Notes under the pieces: generated by a model
Database searches by the model: none
What the model saw: the letters and a program-made list of their open reading frames with translations, nothing else
What the model was told of the DNA's origin: nothing
Translations under genes and position numbers: made by a program
Source of the DNA: Trichinella spiralis
Taxonomy: Eukaryota
DNA: 64,000 bases
Assembly: GCF_000181795.1 (NCBI RefSeq)
Contig: NW_003526943.1
Location: 10,028,849-10,092,848, forward strand
Direction: 5' to 3'
Part shown: piece after piece, positions 57,027 through 64,000 of the stretch
Layout of the letters: each line of letters opens with the position of its first letter
How positions within the stretch are numbered: position 1 is the first letter of the stretch

Positions 57027-60000
57027 ATGCAGGGGAAAGATGATTCTTCCGATTCTGAATCGAAATCCAAGTTTGAATTATTTTTGTTAATATGCACTGT
57101 GACAATAGCAATGGGATGAATTTGTCATTTTCACTCGTTAATATATTATTTGTTACGTTTAGAAAGTCAGATGAAAATGATGAAGAAAAATCTGCTACTG
57201 TTAATCAGCCGAATGAAAATTCTGTGAGAAATAGAATGAATGAATGAGTTCAGTTTTTGTAACGGTAAATGTTTTTTTTCTTAGAAGCCGAGTAGTAAAG
57301 CAGTGAATGTATGCCCAGAACGGCTTACTCTGCAGACAGAGCTGTTGCATAAGAAAGTTTTGGACCAGAGTTTGTTGTTGGCCAAATGTCAAAACAAGCT
57401 TCTTCAGTGCTCTCATCTCATGATCGACAGCAGCATTGGAAACAGTTCTAGCAAGTCAGCTTTCTTGGGTACTTCTGATACGTTTGCTGCTAGTACGGTA
57501 ATGTAAAAATAATTTTCGTTTTATAAATTTTTTGATTTTCAACTTTCATTTCAGCCGATTCCTGCGAAAAATCGATGTTTGAAAAATGACAGGGAATTTT
57601 TGAGGTTCTTATCTTATATAGCTTTTTCTTTTTACGAAGCTTCTGTATTCAATAATATTATTAGTTGATGTTGTTTTATTGAATAGCAAAGAGTTGGTCG
57701 AGAGTAAGGACGAAGCAGACATGAGCAGTTTGAATGATCAGCTGACGGCAGATTTGCTTCGGGTTTCGTTGCAGTGGAAAAAGAGTGAAAAAGAATTGCG
57801 CAATCGAGATCAACAGCTGCTTGATCTTGAACAAGTTTGTATTGGATGAAAAGTTAGAAAAGAATAGAAAATTTACAAAAATATGCAATTTTTTTCGATA
57901 GACATTTATTCGTCATTTGAATGAAAGCCATGTGAATTATGTGAATTTATGGCAACAATATCAGGCAATTCAGCGGGATTACAGACGATTACGGTCGGAA
58001 GTATTTCGTGATATGAAAATGATGCAGTATGATATTTATCGGATGATTGTAAAATCGAAAACTGTCATTGGGGAACAAGTGCAAAACCGACTTATGCGGC
58101 AATTGGTACAGCGAATTTGTGAAATTAAACCTGAAGTGATCATTTGAAAAATGTACTAGTGTTGTTGTTCACATGTTTAAAAAAATTGTTTTTTATTCAG
58201 CAGCAACATCCGGTGAATGAAGATGGATCTGCAAACGAGGAACAGCAGCACATTGTTGTTGACAGGTAATATTGTTGTTTTTTTAAATTTGTTCATACAT
58301 TCATACTTTATATTTATCTAAAATTGTTGTCATTGATTTGAATCATTGTTATTGTCTATAGTATATATGCTCACCTGCTGTGTTATTTCGATATAGATTT
58401 CGAATATCATTGTTGATGAGCGATGTTATTGAATTTTTCATTCATTAATCATTCAGCTTAATGGCTGTTGTAAATGGTAGAAAGTGGAAATTTCTCTTTG
58501 GTTTCCTGATTCGACTTCAAGCTAGTTAGCTTATTAAATTAATTTGAATATATTCCTTTTCAAAATATTTCATATGATTGAATATTATTAATTTGTAAAT
58601 TGTTTTGTATGGTTCAGTGGAACGGACAAAGAGGAGAAAAAGAATACAGTGGTAGTGACAAGTGGTGATATAAATCGTTTAAAATCGATCGAAGAGCAAG
58701 TAAGAAGAAATGTAGAAATTTGTTGTTGAAATATTATTTTATTGATTCTATCGATGTTGTAGAATGATTCGTTGATGGAATTGTTGAAAAAATCCTATTC
58801 GACTTTGAATTCTGTGTTGATTGTACTGATGGATATGGGAATTGAAGCCGAATCGGACGATCAAAGTGAAGTGACTTGGACGTGGGTTGGTTGGCAAGGG
58901 TTGTTGTCGTCGGTCAGTCAAGCTGCGTCGGAAGTGAAAAAGCACGAAAAAGTGAAGGATATTTTTGTTTGTTTTTTTTGCATATGCAAATAGAAACTAC
59001 AATATGAATAATTTTTCTGTCGGTTTGTAGAGTTTAGAGGAACGTCTTTTGACGACAATGCAAAATGTCAGCGAGTACAAGTTTGCCAACGAGCAGTTGG
59101 AATCGCGTTTGCAAAATTTGCAAAACGAGAACGAAAATTTGGAAAAGAAAACTCGTGAATTGTACAATTTTTTTGCAAGTGAAAATATTGCATAGTTTAT
59201 TTTTTTTCAAATATATATATTTAAATTAGATTCGATGAAAATAATACTTTGAAAAGTCAAGTGAGTGAATATGACGACGAACGTTTGGAATTGTTGGCCA
59301 AATGTGAAAAATTGGTATCTGCCAAAGAGGCGTTGACATTGGAATGTCAAACGTTGCAAGGGTAACAACAACTATTTGTGTATAGTTTATTGAAAAAAAT
59401 TTCGATTTAATATATTCATTTTTCAAATTAAATTAAAAAGGGAAGTGAAAAAGAATGAAAAGATGATCGCGAATAGCAATTCGACCCTGGCCGACAGAGA
59501 ATTACAGTTGCAGGATGCGATGGAACAGTGTTCACGTTTGACTTTGGAAAATGGTGAATTGAAAGCGTCAGTGGATCTGTTGAAGGAGCAGGCGGCCCAA
59601 GAACACCGCGAAAGTGAAGCTCTGCGTTCACGTATGCAGACGGTCCACGGTGAGTTGGATACGTTGAAGATGGAGCATCAATTTTCTCAACAGCAGCTCG
59701 AATTGGCCGAAAGTCAACTGAATTCGTTGCTTGAAAATAAGCTGCCCCAAGTGGATGCTGCGAATTTTGTCCACAACGAAGTTGTCGATCGTCTGGATGC
59801 TGAGAATGAAAATCTGAGGCGTGAAAAGCGTTCACTTACCAAACGGATCGTTCAGCTCGAAATCGAGTTGAAATTGGCCAAAAATTGCCAAGCGGAATTG
59901 ATCAACGCTGCTGAACAGCGTGAACAGGCGTCTTCGTTGATCGAAGCCGACAAAACGATTCTAGACGAAGAAGTTGCAGGTATAAATTATGCAAAAAAAA

Positions 60001-62326
60001 ATAAAAATAATAATGATGATGATGATGGATTTGAATTCAGATCTCAGGAATAAAGTCGAATCGTTCGCGTTGAACAATGAAAAATTGTTAAATCGGTTGT
60101 CCGAAGTGACCGAAAGTCGAGACAAAGCTGAAGTGGAACTTGCGATTGTAATATGAAATTTGAATAAGTTCAAAATAATAATTATTATTAGTTTTGATTG
60201 ATTGGGATATTTTTTTTCCCCAGGCGAACGATAGTGTCGTCGAATGGCAGCAAAAATACCAAGATTGTTTGAAAGAATTGAAGCAGCGCATAAGTGTTAT
60301 GGCGACATTGCGTGATGAAAATGAAAATCTTGAAATGTAAATTGTTAATAACCAAAGAAAAAAGTACTTTTTTTCTTTGTTTTTTAAGTGTTAACAGCGA
60401 TTTGCAACGTTTGCAAGCAGAATTGAAATCGAAATTGAATATGATCAGCGTGGAAAAGTCGCGAGGTGAAGTCCAAAAAAACCAATACCAGTCGAACGTT
60501 CTGCAATTGGAAACTCAACTCCGTGAAGCCCAAGACAATCACCAGCTAATATCTCAACAATTGCTCGACTGTCAGCAAGGTATGTGTTGTTTTTTGGTGG
60601 TGGTGATTTGTGACCAATTTGCATAATTTGGTGTTCTCGGATAGACAATTTCAATTTGGAACGTCGGATTTCTATCGCTGACGAGCTGGTCAAACAGCAG
60701 GATGAAGCTTTGAAACTTTTGATCAATCAAAAGCATCAACTCGAAAATAAGAATAACAAATTGGAAAAAATGTTATCTTCGCAAAGCAAAGAATGCAAAA
60801 AATTGCAAGTGAGTCAACTGAAAGCTGTCAAAGCAGATTAAGGCTGTTCAAAGGAAAAAAACTCTTCTTTTGCAGGAAACGTTGGATTTCGTCTGCGATC
60901 AGTGCGATTTGCATTTCAATCAGTCGGACAAACTGAAAGAAGGTGTAAAATTATTGGTCGAAGAAAAGGGTCGTCTGATTAGTGAATATCTGGGCAAAGC
61001 GGCTTCGTGTTCCGAAATGGCGACCAATTCCAATTTGTTGCTTGTGGAAAAAGACCAACTGACGAAAAAAGTGGCCGAATTGAACGACGAAATTCGTTCA
61101 CTCCACTCGCAGAATGGTCATTTGGAAGAGGCGCTGAATATCCAGAAATCGAAACTCGGATCGGTCGAATTGAAATTGAACAAATGTCGTGGAGAAAATT
61201 TGGAACTTTCGAAAACCATTGCCAACCAAGAGACGACAATACGTTCATTGGACAACCGACTGGCCGATGTCCACAACGATCTGGCATTGGCTGAAATGGA
61301 AAAGCAAGATATACGTGCGGAAAATCGAAAGCTCAAGTAAATTAATTGTCTTTTGTTTTTTTTTAAAAAAAATTCCATCCCCATTCTTACTGTTCAGACA
61401 TCAGTTGGATTTGATCGACAAGTCGCTCGAAATGACCAAAGCGTGTTCGCGTGATGTTGAAAAGCAACGTGTTGATTTGGAAAAGCAAATGGTCAACAAG
61501 CAGGGAGAATTGGCCAATTTGTCCGGCATGTTGAAAATCAGTCAAGATACGGAACAAGAATTGAAAAGACAATTGGAAACGATGTCTTCCAAGCGACAAC
61601 AATTGATGGATAAATTGAACGATTACGAAATTGAGATGCTCGCTTTGAGAACGAAATTGAAAAAAGAAGAACTGAACAGTAAACTGCTACGTGAAGAATT
61701 GGCCGAAGTAAGCTTTTATCCTCCTCCTCCTCCTGTTTCTTGTTCGTTTTAATTTGCATATTTCCAATTGAAGAACAACGACAAAATCGCTCAACTGATG
61801 GACGCTGTGGACAAAATTACAAACGATCGTGTCGAATTGGACAAAAAAGTGACCACGTTCGAAAAGGAAAATCTACTCCACGTACAAAATGTCGAAACGA
61901 TGAAATGCAAACTTCGAAAAATGGATCAACAATTTGCCGAACGGTAATATTTTTTTTCTGGATACTGTATAACAATAGAAAAAATAATAAAGTTCGGAAA
62001 GTCTCGTTCACAGGTTGGTCGAATTGTCCCGTTCTCACCAGGACAAAGTAGGAATGTTGGAAAATCGTCATGCGAAAGATTTGCAACAGATAACCGCGTT
62101 GGAAAAGCGGATCCATCAGTTGGAAAAAGAGTTGGACCGTGAACGGAGCAAACGAGAAATGTCGATCATGCGATCCATGGAAAGTCTATTTGAAATGCCC
62201 AATCGCATGACGACGGCCAATTCCACCAACGCCATCTTTCGCACTTCGTCACCACTCAACGCTGCCGTACCATTTGAAATTGCCGACGTCGAACCGGATC
62301 ATGCACCAACACCGAGTAAAAAATGA
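57027..62326 (+). CDS. Rootletin/C-Nap1-family coiled-coil protein (CHE-10/LFI-1-like)
   Basis: N-terminal segment LNDQLTADLLRVSLQWKKSEKELRNRD...EQTFIRHLNESHVNYVNLWQQYQAIQRDYRRLRSEVFRDM resembles the Rootletin domain as recalled. Followed by long heptad-rich exons. Start exon inferred from splice phase. Confidence 0.75.
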
Positions 62327-62591
62327 AAAAATACCCATTTATGTTGTATATGTATAGTGTTATATTTGTTGAAGTATAGTTTTATTTTTCACATTTTATG
62401 CAAATTCTGTTTATAAATTAATTGATGATATTTTAAAAATAAATAAATAAATATATATATTGTGCAGAAAGTGTTTGCATGTTTTGTGAATTAATTCAGA
62501 CGATAGATGATACTGCACTAGCTAATTCAACACATATATTGTGTAGTGTTTATAAAATGAAGTCGATTATGGAAAATTGAATGAATTTTCT

Positions 62592-63928
<1,337 letters not shown>

Positions 63929-64000
63929 CTGAATTGAAATAAGATGAATTTTAGAATTCCAATATCATCAAATAGATTCATTTCATTTCATGCATTACTA

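Overview
AT-rich, intron-rich eukaryotic DNA. Short GT-AG introns, compact gene spacing and the retroelement type suggest a nematode, most likely Trichinella-like; this is inference only. Left gene-dense block: kinesin-1 heavy chain (-, runs off the left end), IFT20 (+, with a consensus X-box upstream), a C20orf27/ADISSP homolog (-), mitochondrial Hsp70 (-), RBM28/Nop4 (+), a stack of three LTR-retroelement insertions, TRIP4/ASC-1 (+) and SGF29 (-). A D-type cyclin (+) lies inside about 25 kb of non-coding DNA rich in CAGCTG E-boxes. Right block: an orphan 5-exon gene (-), a rootletin-family coiled-coil gene (+) and a divergent MOF/KAT8-like MYST acetyltransferase (-, runs off the right end). 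The standout is a BEL/Pao element whose two LTRs differ by roughly 20%. It still carries an uninterrupted ~790-codon Gag-protease ORF, from which the RT, RNase H and integrase cores were removed by deletions that all keep the frame. It is a candidate domesticated capsid/protease gene, possibly captured inside an operon. Exon boundaries were read by hand and family calls come from recalled motifs; no database search was run.
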